A stretch of 63,999 bases of DNA, the filler included, from Bigelowiella natans CCMP2755 (Eukaryota; Protista; Cercozoa): the NCBI GenBank assembly GCA_000320545.1. It is 9 parts of 9 records of this genome, joined end to end, with 100 filler letters (N's around TTAATTAATTAA, not from the genome) between each part and the next. Parts side by side here need not be neighbours in the genome. Positions count along the whole stretch, not along the records: positions 1 to 21,571 come from ADNK01001848.1; positions 21,672 to 29,885 come from ADNK01002398.1; 7 more parts are not named here. One strand, written 5' to 3'. Each line of letters begins with the position of its first letter. The first letter of the stretch is position 1. The notes under the pieces were generated by a model. The model worked only from the letters and a program-made list of their open reading frames with translations. It did not search any database and was not told where the DNA came from. This document shows positions 12,906-24,298 of the stretch, one piece after another. Both the position numbers and the translations under genes were made by a program.

Positions 12906-15900
12906 TTCTATCTTCCCCTCTCCCTCTCACATAAACACACGCACGCACACGCGTTTACACACCTCTTATATGTACGTATACGTGCACAGGAGGAGCTAAA
13001 GCAGCTTCTAGCTAGAAGCGTGAAATTAAAGATGCACTCGGTGTATCTAAACTTGGTAAAACACAAAATTTTTTAGAGCTAGCTATAATTCATTTTAGGT
13101 GTGCAAATTATATCTGTTAGCATCCTGAGTACAGCGAAGCAAAAGATATTCTGTCCCTTATTCTGAGGTATAAGCTTGCTTTTACTACGTTTATAATGGA
13201 TTAACATTCGAACTGCAGATGTTTAGAAGCCCTCACCAAAGCGAAGGATTCTAGAGACGAGGAAGGTGTTCTTATTAATGTTGATAACCTCGTAACATTC
13301 AAGTCCCAGAAGTCATTGCAAAACTATTTTTACAATTAGAGCTTAAGCTCTGGCTAGAAGTTGCGACTGAGAAATTGAAATTGAAAGCGTCGAAGTACAA
13401 GGAAATCCAAGAAAGCCGAGCAGTTTATCAAAATCTGAGAAGCCTGCGAGCAAAACTCCTGATCGCATTAGTACACATTCAAACTTGGCACTCCTATCAC
13501 TACGCCATGACCTCCAAAGTAAGCAAAATCTATATTTAGGAGGCAGCTTTTGTGGAAGAAGGGAGCACACAGCTAGAGAATGTTATTAAAGAAATAGAAG
13601 ATTATAACTTCCAGAATACTCCAGAATATAAGAGGGTCAAATATTAAGTTACAAGTTGATATCTCTCGCATAATTTATACTAATGATGCAGAGCGTTGCT
13701 ATTTTGGCAAGAAGACGTCAAGAGGACAAATTGCGACGTTTGCTGGAGGATCTCAGCAATACAGGAGGGTATTTACAAAAATTCAATTTGATGGGAGCGT
13801 CTATAGTTTTTCAATACTTGCTATACTTTCATGTTCACGCATCCACCATAATTCTCAAATCAATGTAAAAGTAGTTCTGGCATCTATGCGCAACATCTAG
13901 ATTTCTCGTCCAAAAAGCGGATATTAAAGTGCAAGAACTAGAGAAAGCTGTGCAGGCAGCGGATGCTCACAAAATGGAAACAGAAAAAGGTAAAACTCAC
14001 TCTGTTCTGCGAGGCGACATAAGATTTCAACTCTAATTCGAATGCATTGAAGGAAAAGCACTTCTTGATCTAGCAAAAAGTCTTGCCGCCATTCGCACAG
14101 GGCTTCTCAAGTCTTTAGATACACGAGACCCTCGAAAATGGAAAAGCGTTTCAGACTGCTTGGTGCAAGCCCACGCGAATGGATGGAGCAAAGTAGTCCT
14201 CTCAACATATATTAGGAACTAGGAAGAGCTCTACAATCAATAATTACACTAAAAGGTGTTTGAGGTGGCAATAGCCCAGGATCGTGAGAAACTCTACCGT
14301 GATTTGGAAGATGCCTCGCACCGTGCAGTGTCTGCAACTAGAAGAAGGTAACACCGTGAAGCAGCGAGGGTATGGTCCGAACCTGATTGTCAAGGCTGTG
14401 TTAGGAACATGGAGGACCTTCGAAAATCAATTGTTTCTTTCGAACGACTTGGACTTAGGGCAAAACATAATGGGCAAACTTCACATATTCCAGACACGCC
14501 CAAATTTAGAGTCAATGTTTTGATGTATCCCGAGTTTTCAAAGGCTAGGTTTCCAATCTCTTCTAGAAGTGAATACCAATCCATCCATACTTTGTTAATG
14601 CCTGCACGCTTGTTCTCAGGAGAATGTTGAAGAAGTTGAGCAAGTTGGATGCAACAATCAGAGTGCTGAATTTTCATTTCAAAAGATACTTGAGTATAAT
14701 GCAACGCCTTTGTTTAGCATGCGGATCGAAAGCGAACGCTTGACAATTTGGAAATTGCTGTGGCCAAAGGGTGAGAAGAAGCTTGAAATGTAGTCTGGTG
14801 CTGATATTCAAATTGAGATTAGAGTGTTTGTCAGAGAGAGGTTGCATATGGCTGGCTGTGGAACGAAGCTGCACGTAGCATTCAATGCGTTGATCCATAC
14901 ACGCAATACAATTGGGTGTTACAATTTATGATCGAAAGACTATTTAATATTTGTGAGTCTAGAATACGTCACATTGAACCAATTATAAGACAAATATGTC
15001 TTGAAGCTGAGGACTGCGTTCGGCGGATCGAAGAAGGTACAGCATTATCAAACCAACAGATATATTCTCTTAGCCGTTTTTATTCAAAACTAGTACACAT
15101 GGCCGAAGTCCTCGCCAGAGCTCGGGAGGTGCTCTTTCACTCTGTTCACATTTTGATACTCTCATTCTGGGGAAGTTTGAATAATTTCTCAATCAATTAT
15201 CGTTAAAATGTTCCATTCATGTGCAATACCTCATTAGGCACAATTTGTAAATGAAAACGTATCCATTATTGCTAATTTCTTAGAGAAAACACCAAGAGAG
15301 AAGGTCAATGCTTTTATTGAAGATGCTGTGAAATTTATTGGAATGAAATGTCAAGAGCTAGTTGATTATATTCAGTTTCTTATGGAGCAATTAAGATCCA
15401 GCTCCCGTCGAAAGGTATTCCAACCTAGTCGTTAGATATCATCATACTCTGATCTGATTTGCCAGGACCGTGGGAGCCAAATACAGCTTGAAATACAACT
15501 AAATAAATGGTGACCGCAGCTACCGCATCACTAAACCAGTTGGACACTAATACAGCATTTGTATGGTGAATGTAGGTATCTTGATAATCATAAGCACATG
15601 TTCCAGCTGCGAAATTTCCCGGCAATGAAACAGCCTGAGGTGCTCCTAAATTACAAGATAAAGAAGCTGTGTCAACATTATAAGTGATAACGTAGGGGTG
15701 GGCACGACAGAAGCTTGTGACATTGAGCAGAGGTCCAACATAACAAATTCTTTCTGCTGAAATTGTTTATATACTGACAAAAACGTTTATTGTAACATCA
15801 TAGCAAAACTTGCTACCGGGATGCTGAGATGGCAGTCTTATAACCTTCATGCCTCTCTGACAAATCTTCCTGTAACCTCAAATCGTACGATATATTTTCG

Positions 15901-17152
15901 CACAGTTGATCATTATCAATCAATGTTATAAGGGGAAGGCAGAGAACGTTGTTGCAAAGAGGCTTTTCAAAAACATTCTTGGATATATGGGGGACAAGGT
16001 TAATGCACACAGGGTGCTGAATTATTTATTTTGTATAACTGAACCTTGTTCACAGTCGCTTCCAGCAACCCAGATCTTGATTCAAGTAGCATTTGGAATA
16101 ACTCTTCCTTTACCTCTTCATCATTAAAGAATCTATTTCTAATTTCAATAGGACTTGGTCCAACAGTGCTTGGGTATCCCATGCCTCATTGACGAAGTCT
16201 ACTGTCAGGTGTAAACTTCATATCGTAGGACGATCACTTCTTAAGTGTCCACTGTACTTTTCGTTTTTGTTCAGATAATGAAGCAAATGACTAAGAATCC
16301 ATACAAAGCTTCCGTGATGAAGGTAACTATATTGGAAGTATAAAATGAATAAGGATTTAAGTAGAGATTTACACTGAAGAAACATAAGAGATCCTTAAAA
16401 ATCTGTATTACAAACTAGTAATTTCTGAAATAGGGCTGGGAAATCTTGACTGTATGCTTGGAGTGTCTCAAGCCTGCTGCAGTTCATAAATTAATATCCC
16501 TATGATATTAAAGTGGGATGACTAAATTGAAGATTTGTTCAGTATCTACAATTTTGGTTGCGAGAAAATGCGGGTTCATACCTCGAAAGACTTGAAACCC
16601 TGATGTACCAAACTATATACTCTCCTGATCGGAAGGTTCACATTTCTGTGATGGAGTGTACCTTGGTGCAAAATCTTGAATAATATAGGTCATTCCGAGC
16701 GTAGAAGAGGTGAAGGGCATCATCAAAGGGTGAGATAATTTACTGTGAGAGTAGAAGAGTGATGATATTTGCTTTGTTATTATACTGAAGACATTCAGGA
16801 AAGGATCTCAAGTTTATTACGAAGCCTTTGCCTTATGTAAGGCCCAAATATGTGCCCCCGAACTGGTTTGTAACTTATTCAGCCACAGACACACAATTTA
16901 TGCGCCGTGAAAGAATCGTAAAATGTAAATTACAAAAGGCGTGATGTTATCGAATCTGAGGATGGCGAGGAGGAGATCTTTTCCGAGGGAGATTTGGAAG
17001 AAGGCAAAAATATGCAGATCTCTGAAAATCCAGTGCTTTTTAATGCCAATATGAAGAAAGAGAGAACTCCCAATCGGAGAAAAATCGAATGGCAACCAGT
17101 TGAAACTCCTCAAAAAATGATGTATGACACTAAAAGGACGCTACATCGTTAG
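7302..17152 (+). CDS. Myosin heavy chain: Pro-rich N-terminus, motor, IQ, long tail, C-terminal MyTH4; dozens of short introns
   Basis: Motor motifs across exons: ISMNPY, PPHVF, QSIVISGESGAGK (about 8331-8370), LEAFGNAKT, NNNSSRFGK, NYLLEKSRV, ERNFHIFY, IGILDIFG/FE, NYANEKLQQ, HYAGEVKY, PHYIRCIKPN, GFPYR, VGKTQIF. IQ-like LQRVFRGHLARR. MyTH4-like LFKNILGYMGD, DEVYCQ/IMKQMTKNP, GWEIL. Start (7302) and stop (17150-17152) inferred. Confidence 0.92.
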
Positions 17153-17319
17153 AATTGTATTTTGTACCGCACGTGACTTCACAATGAGATGTTTCTATGA
17201 ACAGATACTACTGGAACATCCGCACAAATGAAGTGACATGGGAGCGTCCAGATGGGGATCTTTTGCCTGTTCGAAGTCAACACAAAAAAAAATGATCTTG
17301 TGCATATGGACCTACATGT

Positions 17320-18270
17320 GAACACATGCGAACGATTCTCTAGTTCTGCATGATGCGATGAAATGAAGTGCTGAAAAGCTGCAAGTTCATGATCAACAAT
17401 TCAATCACATGCGAAACAAAAATGAAACGCTGCTGTGTTGTGAATTGATGTCTAATTGTTTGGTGGAGCATGTGAATTGGATGCATGTGACAAATGGAAC
17501 GTCTAGATGCATGGTCAACTTGCTGCTGCACTTTGCAACAATTGACCGTGTCAGCGTGCCTCCTTCGATCCAGCGAGCAATCGATTGGTTCGAAAACAGC
17601 TGCGACACGACACATGCATGCCAGCATGCTAGCATGCCTGGAAAAGCAGGTGTGATGGGAGTACGCTAGCACACAACTGTGACAAAGTGCAAAAAGCTGT
17701 GCTTGCACGTCCAGCTAGCCAGCTTCGCTGTTGTTGCGTTCCACTGTGCACACTGCACGACCACAGACCAGCCTTCATTCTGGCCTTCTGGCCTTGCTAG
17801 CTTGCTTGCTAGTGGCACGCTGTCCCGTGCTTGCTCCCCACACGCCTCGTTCCAAACCTGATCGAGCTGTTGCGCTTGTTGCGTCTGACCTGACTGGCGT
17901 GCGCAAACGTGTGCGAGCAAGAGTGATGGGTCACACCAAGACGATGCACTCACACGCGCCAGGGCGCAGAACGCCAAAAATTCGTGACAATCGAACACGG
18001 ACTCAGCCCACCTGTGGCACTTTTGATTCAGTGATTCAGCGATTCAGGCTTGTGTGACACGATTGACGCACACGAACGAAGGATCAACAGAGGAGAACAA
18101 TGAGAGATTCTTGGTGGCCAATGGGGACAAATGATCCAGCACACTGCATCGTTTGAAGGCATTGGTTTCGCATTGTCCTTGCACGTTGCATGTTCGCATC
18201 GTGTTCACCACATGAGAAGCACACGTCCACAAATGCTGCAGCTCACAGAGTGGAACATTGAAAATTGAGC
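17320..18270. other. TpA-depleted tract B (CTAG spared)
   Basis: 9 TA in about 950 bp, 7 in CTAG; none in 17812-18270. Confidence 0.9.
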
Positions 18271-18888
18271 TACTGGATTGGGCAAACATGCGTTCCAAAA
18301 AAGGTTGGTAGTTTTCCGAACAATCCATGCATCCAAAAGTTGCTGAATCAAACAACTCTCGGCCGCCTTTCCCCATCTCGATATCCATTTCTCTCTTCGC
18401 AAGACTGATGGACTTCTGTGTAGTCTTGCCCATTTGAAGAAAGCCGGAAATCCAGGAAATGTTGTTGTAGCGGTTGTTGCAGCGGTTGCCGAAAAAGTTG
18501 TTGTAGCAGTTGTTGCGAGGCGAACGGCCGCTGTCCCCCGACCACTCGGCACCCCTCAACTACCGAACAGCCGTGCCTCCGCCCTTCACGACGATGCGAG
18601 CCTCCACAATCTACACGGTGTGGAGGAGGGGGGCTGGAAAGGCCGGTCCCTTGGTGGAGAGGGCTCTTAAGCAGAGGGACTTGCGGGAAGTTCAGCTCCT
18701 CCCCCCCCCCCTCCTCCTCCTCCGAGTTCGACAACATAGCACAGGAGTCGCTGAAGGGTTCCGAGGGCAGCAGCCACAGGGAGACGGAGCGAGAGTGGAA
18801 AAGAGAAGCTAAGGTCGTGCTAGAGTTTATGATAGGCTTGACAGAGTGAAAGCAGCGTGGTAGTTGAGAGTACTAGCAAGGTAGAAGA

Positions 18889-18920
<32 letters not shown>

Positions 18921-19329
18921 AGGATAAGGAGGGGCAGTGGGTGATGATATAAAACCTTTTCCCTCCCTCACCCGCCGGTGGTAGGAGTATGAAGACCGTG
19001 GATTACCCTTCACGTTCGAAGAAGAGGAAGAGGAAGAGGGGCATGCATTGACTACGTCTTTCCCAAGATTGGATCCGAAACAGCTCCTCCGAGAGGGGGG
19101 GGGGATGGCTGCTGACACCGAGAAATCCAGCGCACCCGCTTCCGAGCCACCCATCTACTACATCGCTCAGGTAGTTTGTTGAGAAATGAGCGAAGCCGTT
19201 TATAGTCACGCTACAGAAGTAGGAAGCCGCCATGTTCGATGCCCTACGTGCCTCCATTCGCGCAAAGCATCACTCTCACCCCTGTTGGGTCGGAAATCGT
19301 TCATCTTCATAAGCCTGTCTTCTTCCTAG

Positions 19330-20108
19330 GAGAGGCGACAGAAAGGCGAGCAAGATGCAAACTACGAGCGGGAGGGACGATCATTGCCAGGACCGAAGGA
19401 GGATGAGACCGACCTCATCGAGCGGCAAATCCGATTAGAGAAAGTAGCATTTTATGTGGAAGCGAAAGAGCTTGTGAGGCAACTCACGGAGATCGAGAGG
19501 GGGGGGGGGGTGATGGAGGGTTGTTTGAGTGAAAGCATGGAGCTTTGGCATATTTGTGAGTTACGGAGGATAAGTCGGCGATCTGTTAGGGTTCTTAAAT
19601 TCATTTTTTGTTGATATTGATTTCCTCTCCCTCTCTCTCTCTCTCTCTCAAGGCAACGAGCAAGGAGACTCTTATAAACAACTTGGCGATGGTGGAGCAA
19701 ATGTTCTCTTCCGGTAGTATACCTAGTGATCTCTACTGGGGGCATCGTATACGCTCAGAATATTTGACAAACACACTGACACCCACAGAGCAGGTGCCTG
19801 CATGCTCTCCCCTCTTTAACCAACAATAATACAATAGGCACGGGGGCAAATTCTGAAGCACGTTGTTCGGGTGAGGAAAGAGAGGGGGGGGGGGGGGGGG
19901 GGGGAGATCTCACTTTTTCTGATAATATACATATCGTCGTTTATTGTTTTTGCTATTCTGCCAGGTTATGCGAACGTGGATGCAGCCAATCACTCGAGCT
20001 ATTAAGCGCGAGCAGGAGAAGATACGGCGAGGTGAGAGGGAGAGAAGTGAGGATGCGTGACGGATTGGTACATTGTACTGATTGCATGTAGCCTGATGAG
20101 CGTGTGTG

Positions 20109-20144
<36 letters not shown>

Positions 20145-20453
20145 TTTTGTGTATTTTGTGTGTTTATCGCATAGGCGAGCCTACGATCGATTACTTTGAA
20201 GAAGACAGTAAGAAAAAGAAGAACAATACGCTGAATCACCACCGCCATTACCTACCACTATTATTCTCTCCTTCCATCGTCAATCGTCAATCGTCAATCG
20301 TCATCGTTCATCATGCATACTTCAACAGATCAAGATCTCCGGCCATACCTCACCAATCCCTGGGCGCGCGCCGAGGAGATCGCATACTTAACCGTGATGA
20401 CGGTGACAAGCACCGCGCTGAGGGACCGGGGGGGTGCAACGCTAGCACACGTA

Positions 20454-20499
<46 letters not shown>

Positions 20500-20665
20500 C
20501 ATGGCTATTATCGTCGCTCATTGCTACAAGTCTGTACTGACAGCTGATGAGCGTGGGTTGCGCTCATCACTGTGTGGCGGTGAGGATGGTGATGATTCGG
20601 ATAAAAAGGAATTCGATGAGAACTACCATGTTGTGCTTTTTTTTGGGTAGTTTGGAGAGTGTTCT

Positions 20666-20703
<38 letters not shown>

Positions 20704-20845
20704 AAATATACACTTTACAGATGTCAACCTCTATCGCAAGGAAGTTGGCGCAGAATGTTTACAACACCCGTAATTTATGAACCTGCTGCTCGTCCTTCCC
20801 CCCTGATTCTTGATCTCCCACGCTATCATTTCCTCCTCCTCCTCC

Positions 20846-20877
<32 letters not shown>

Positions 20878-21112
20878 ATGATGAAGATGATGAAGATGAT
20901 GACAACATAAAATATTGCTGGTGATGGTGGTAATGCGTTTGTAGGCAAGAGGGACCTACAAAAACGGAGAGCGAAGGAGCGGTAGCATGCCTCTTTATTG
21001 ATGATTTGCAGCAACACCCGACACGCGCACACAATGCACGCCTCTCCGTAGGATATCTTTGCCTGCTCCGTTACGTTTCTAGTTAAGAGAGCGCTGCATT
21101 ATGTGTGCGTGG

Positions 21113-21149
<37 letters not shown>

Positions 21150-21195
21150 CGGTGTTTTCAGGCAGCAAATGAAGAAGAGGAGGGGAGGGGGAGGA

Positions 21196-21227
<32 letters not shown>

Positions 21228-21312
21228 TGGTAGTAGTAGTAGTAGCCATGCTGGAGGTTCTGTGGGTCTTCTAGACGAGATGCGGGAGGGGAAGAGCTCC
21301 GCGGAAAAAGAG
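19330..21312 (+). CDS. Hypothetical multi-exon protein, partial; may start near 18400 and run off the contig
   Basis: GT-AG bounded segments read as protein (GPKEDETDLIERQIRLEK; ATSKETLINNLAMVEQMFSSGSIPSDLYWGHRIRSEYL; DLRPYLTNPWARAEEIAYL) between microsatellite-rich introns; no family recognised. Confidence 0.5.
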
Positions 21313-21353
21313 GTATTTGCTTTTCAAAGAGACTTTATGTAAACACACACACA

Positions 21354-21401
<48 letters not shown>

Positions 21402-21539
21402 CGCGTACTTCTCTAGGTGCGAATTCGGTCTTCTTCTTCTTCTTGTTCTTCTTGTTGTTGTTCTTCTTCTTCCTACCACATGCAACATAAGGGGGGGGGG
21501 TAGGGGGAGGATGCATCGTAATCCAATATTCATATACCA

Positions 21540-21571
<32 letters not shown>

Positions 21572-21671
21572 NNNNNNNNNNNNNNNNNNNNNNNNNNNNN
21601 NNNNNNNNNNNNNNNTTAATTAATTAANNNNNNNNNNNNNNNNNNNNNNNNNNNNNNNNNNNNNNNNNNNN
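21572..21671. other. Artificial contig spacer
   Basis: 100-bp N run containing TTAATTAATTAA (stops in all six frames). Confidence 0.98.
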
Positions 21672-21914
21672 GATACACTTTTGATGTTCTCAAGAAATAT
21701 CCCTAATTTTCTACAATCCCCCCCCCCCCCCCCCCCTTTTAAAAAACAGTCACTACCACAACCATCATCAATATATTATTTTCATGTAATGTCGAGAATG
21801 AGAGAACAAGTTTGTGCTCAGTAGCCGCATCTTTTGTCTGCTGTGTGTTCTTGTGTTTGTGTGTGTGTGTGTGTGTGTGTCTGTGTATCTGTTTCTGATT
21901 TCATGGGGGCAAAT

Positions 21915-22105
21915 ATATTGCGAAGTTTTTGGGATTGCCAACTCAATGTGCGATTCGGAGGACGATCTATGCGACAGCAGCAAGGACAATTTGTACGTCT
22001 ACCTCTTAATACACTACCGCTAACCTTTGCATAAATACCGATCAATGAGGGTTATATAGTACACACAATACAAGTTTATATATATATATATATATTAATA
22101 TATAC

Positions 22106-22149
<44 letters not shown>

Positions 22150-22275
22150 GTTTACGTTTAAGATAATTTGATGGCGCATTGCTCAGTTACTACAAGGCTT
22201 CTGGAGTGAGCATGGCTTTGTTCCTTATGAACTGGGTACTCATCTTCGTATTCAGCATGGCCACTTTCTACGTAA
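21915..22275 (+). CDS. Possible exons of a membrane protein (fragment)
   Basis: Segments IYCEVFGIANSMCDSEDDLCDSSKDNL and FDGALLSYYKASGVSMALFLMNWVLIFVFSMATFY, the latter followed by a GTAAG donor. Confidence 0.35.
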
Positions 22276-22291
22276 GATCGTCCCTTTCCTT

Positions 22292-22328
<37 letters not shown>

Positions 22329-22919
22329 CGCACACAAACACGGTCATAGTAACTTCTTCACCAAGATTCAGCCTTTAATTTTTTTCAATTCAAAATTGGA
22401 ATAACTTGACTATCTATTTTCATCAATGTGTGCACTGAGTTGTGTTATACATCTCTGAGAAGAAACAAACCGTTCATTTCTCTCCCGATCAAAGGTGAAA
22501 GGCCTGAAACGAAGCGAGCTGATTAAGCAAAGTCAATGGAGAGGTCTTGCCATTAGAGAGTTACTGCAATGTGAATTTAGCCGTTTCACCCTAATTTTGA
22601 GTCCTAAATTGTTTTCTGAGAGCGAAGGGAGCATGTTGCATTGACGCATTCATTCATATAAACAAGTATTTGCTGTAAAAATAAGTGAAGAACCCTATCG
22701 CATGTGGGACCCTCACTTTCCCCCACAACCCTCCAATTGCAGGTTCTGCGTTTGTAAAAAGCAACGATGCAATATATGCGATAAATGATTCGGGGGGGGA
22801 TGGCAAAATCGGCAGTAAATCATCAATAACGCCTTCTCCACTTTTAATTGAAGAGGTGTGTGCGGCGAGTTCATTCGTCAATTCATAGCGGCAGATACCA
22901 TTGATGCTGTTACTGCATT

Positions 22920-22957
<38 letters not shown>

Positions 22958-23559
22958 ACGTGCTTTGTGTGCATGCAGGCGTGCATGTGTGTTGGAACAT
23001 TAGAGGGATGGCCAGGAATGGAAGAGAGCGAATGGAAGGGGGAGAAATTCTCAACAAAAATTGTGCTTTTCATTTTCTTCGGATGATTCAGAGTCAAAAC
23101 ACACAATGTTTTTTGGCTGTTTTCTTTTTCATGGCATCGAGTCTGTGCATCGCTGTTGCTCATGTGACTTCATTGGTGCACCATTTGGGCAACTTGCAAC
23201 TTTCTTTTGTGCACAGAAACAGGCCATGGAGAGAAAGGGTAGCCATTCGGTAAAGAGAATGGACATCATTTCAACGTGAGAACAACAAGCGACGCAACCA
23301 CAGCTGCTCCGATGATTGTGTAACAAAGTGTATGTAGAATCTCACAAATCATGTGTCGATCATTATGTCGTCCAGCTAGCCAGATGTCTTAATGTGAACT
23401 CACAGCGCGTGATGACGCAAGAGTGCAGCGCAAAGTCAATGATCAACACAGTGGTTGTTGTCTCATGCCATCGTATCGTGCAGCTTGTTGGCCGGCATGT
23501 GCACATTTCATGCCGCCGGCCTGAATCTGGCGAGGATTTTCGGCATCGATCCGCTTAGA

Positions 23560-24298
23560 CGGCGGGAAGCACACGTGCACCACCAGAGCACTTGTCTGCC
23601 ATCGCACGATTTGTCTTCATCTAGTCATCGTTGCTGTCATCATTCTGCATCGACAAAATCCTCTCAGCTGATGAGACGAGCCATCTGAGCACTGCTAGAC
23701 TGCGCGGCATCGACGACAGCTAGACAGGACATGATCGAATGGCAAAGCATCCACACCCTGTCGTCGATGTCGCGCAGTGCGTGTGCCACGCTGGCACGAC
23801 GAGTGGAACATCAAACATTGAACATCCATTGAAAAAGAAAGAAAAGAAAGAACAACGTTGAACGTTTGACAAATGCAGTGATGATGCAAAATCCACTTGC
23901 ACAAGAACCACGTGGGAGACAAATGCGCGCGTGCAGCAGCGTCTCTGCAAAAACGATTGTGGGTACTTGTCAGCACCCTGTTGGTTGTGAATGTGACAAC
24001 TAGCCATTGTCTTACAGTGCTAGCAGCTGGTGCGCAGCTGACTGAAACTGAAGATGAATCAATTGGATCTCGCCATTGGTGAAACCAGAAATCTGCCATT
24101 GCTAGATTGATTGGCACAGCTAGACAGCTAGATTGTGTCCTGTGTTGCACTAGCTGAAACTGGCATGATGGACGGGTCCACCAGTGGACATTGGACTGTG
24201 GATCAATGAAACAATGAAACAATGATGACAAACCACGTGCACTTCCAAAGTGTTGCAAGACACTTGCAGTGCACGAAACGCAGTGCCTCGAACCAACT
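23560..24298. other. TpA-depleted tract C (CTAG spared); partial depletion extends left to about 23005
   Basis: 11 TA in about 740 bp, 9 in CTAG. Confidence 0.88.

Noticed and set aside
17340-18057. Many overlapping Cys/His/Met-rich ORFs in the TA-poor tracts
   Set aside because: Expected by-product of losing TAA/TAG stops and Tyr codons; no recognisable domains.
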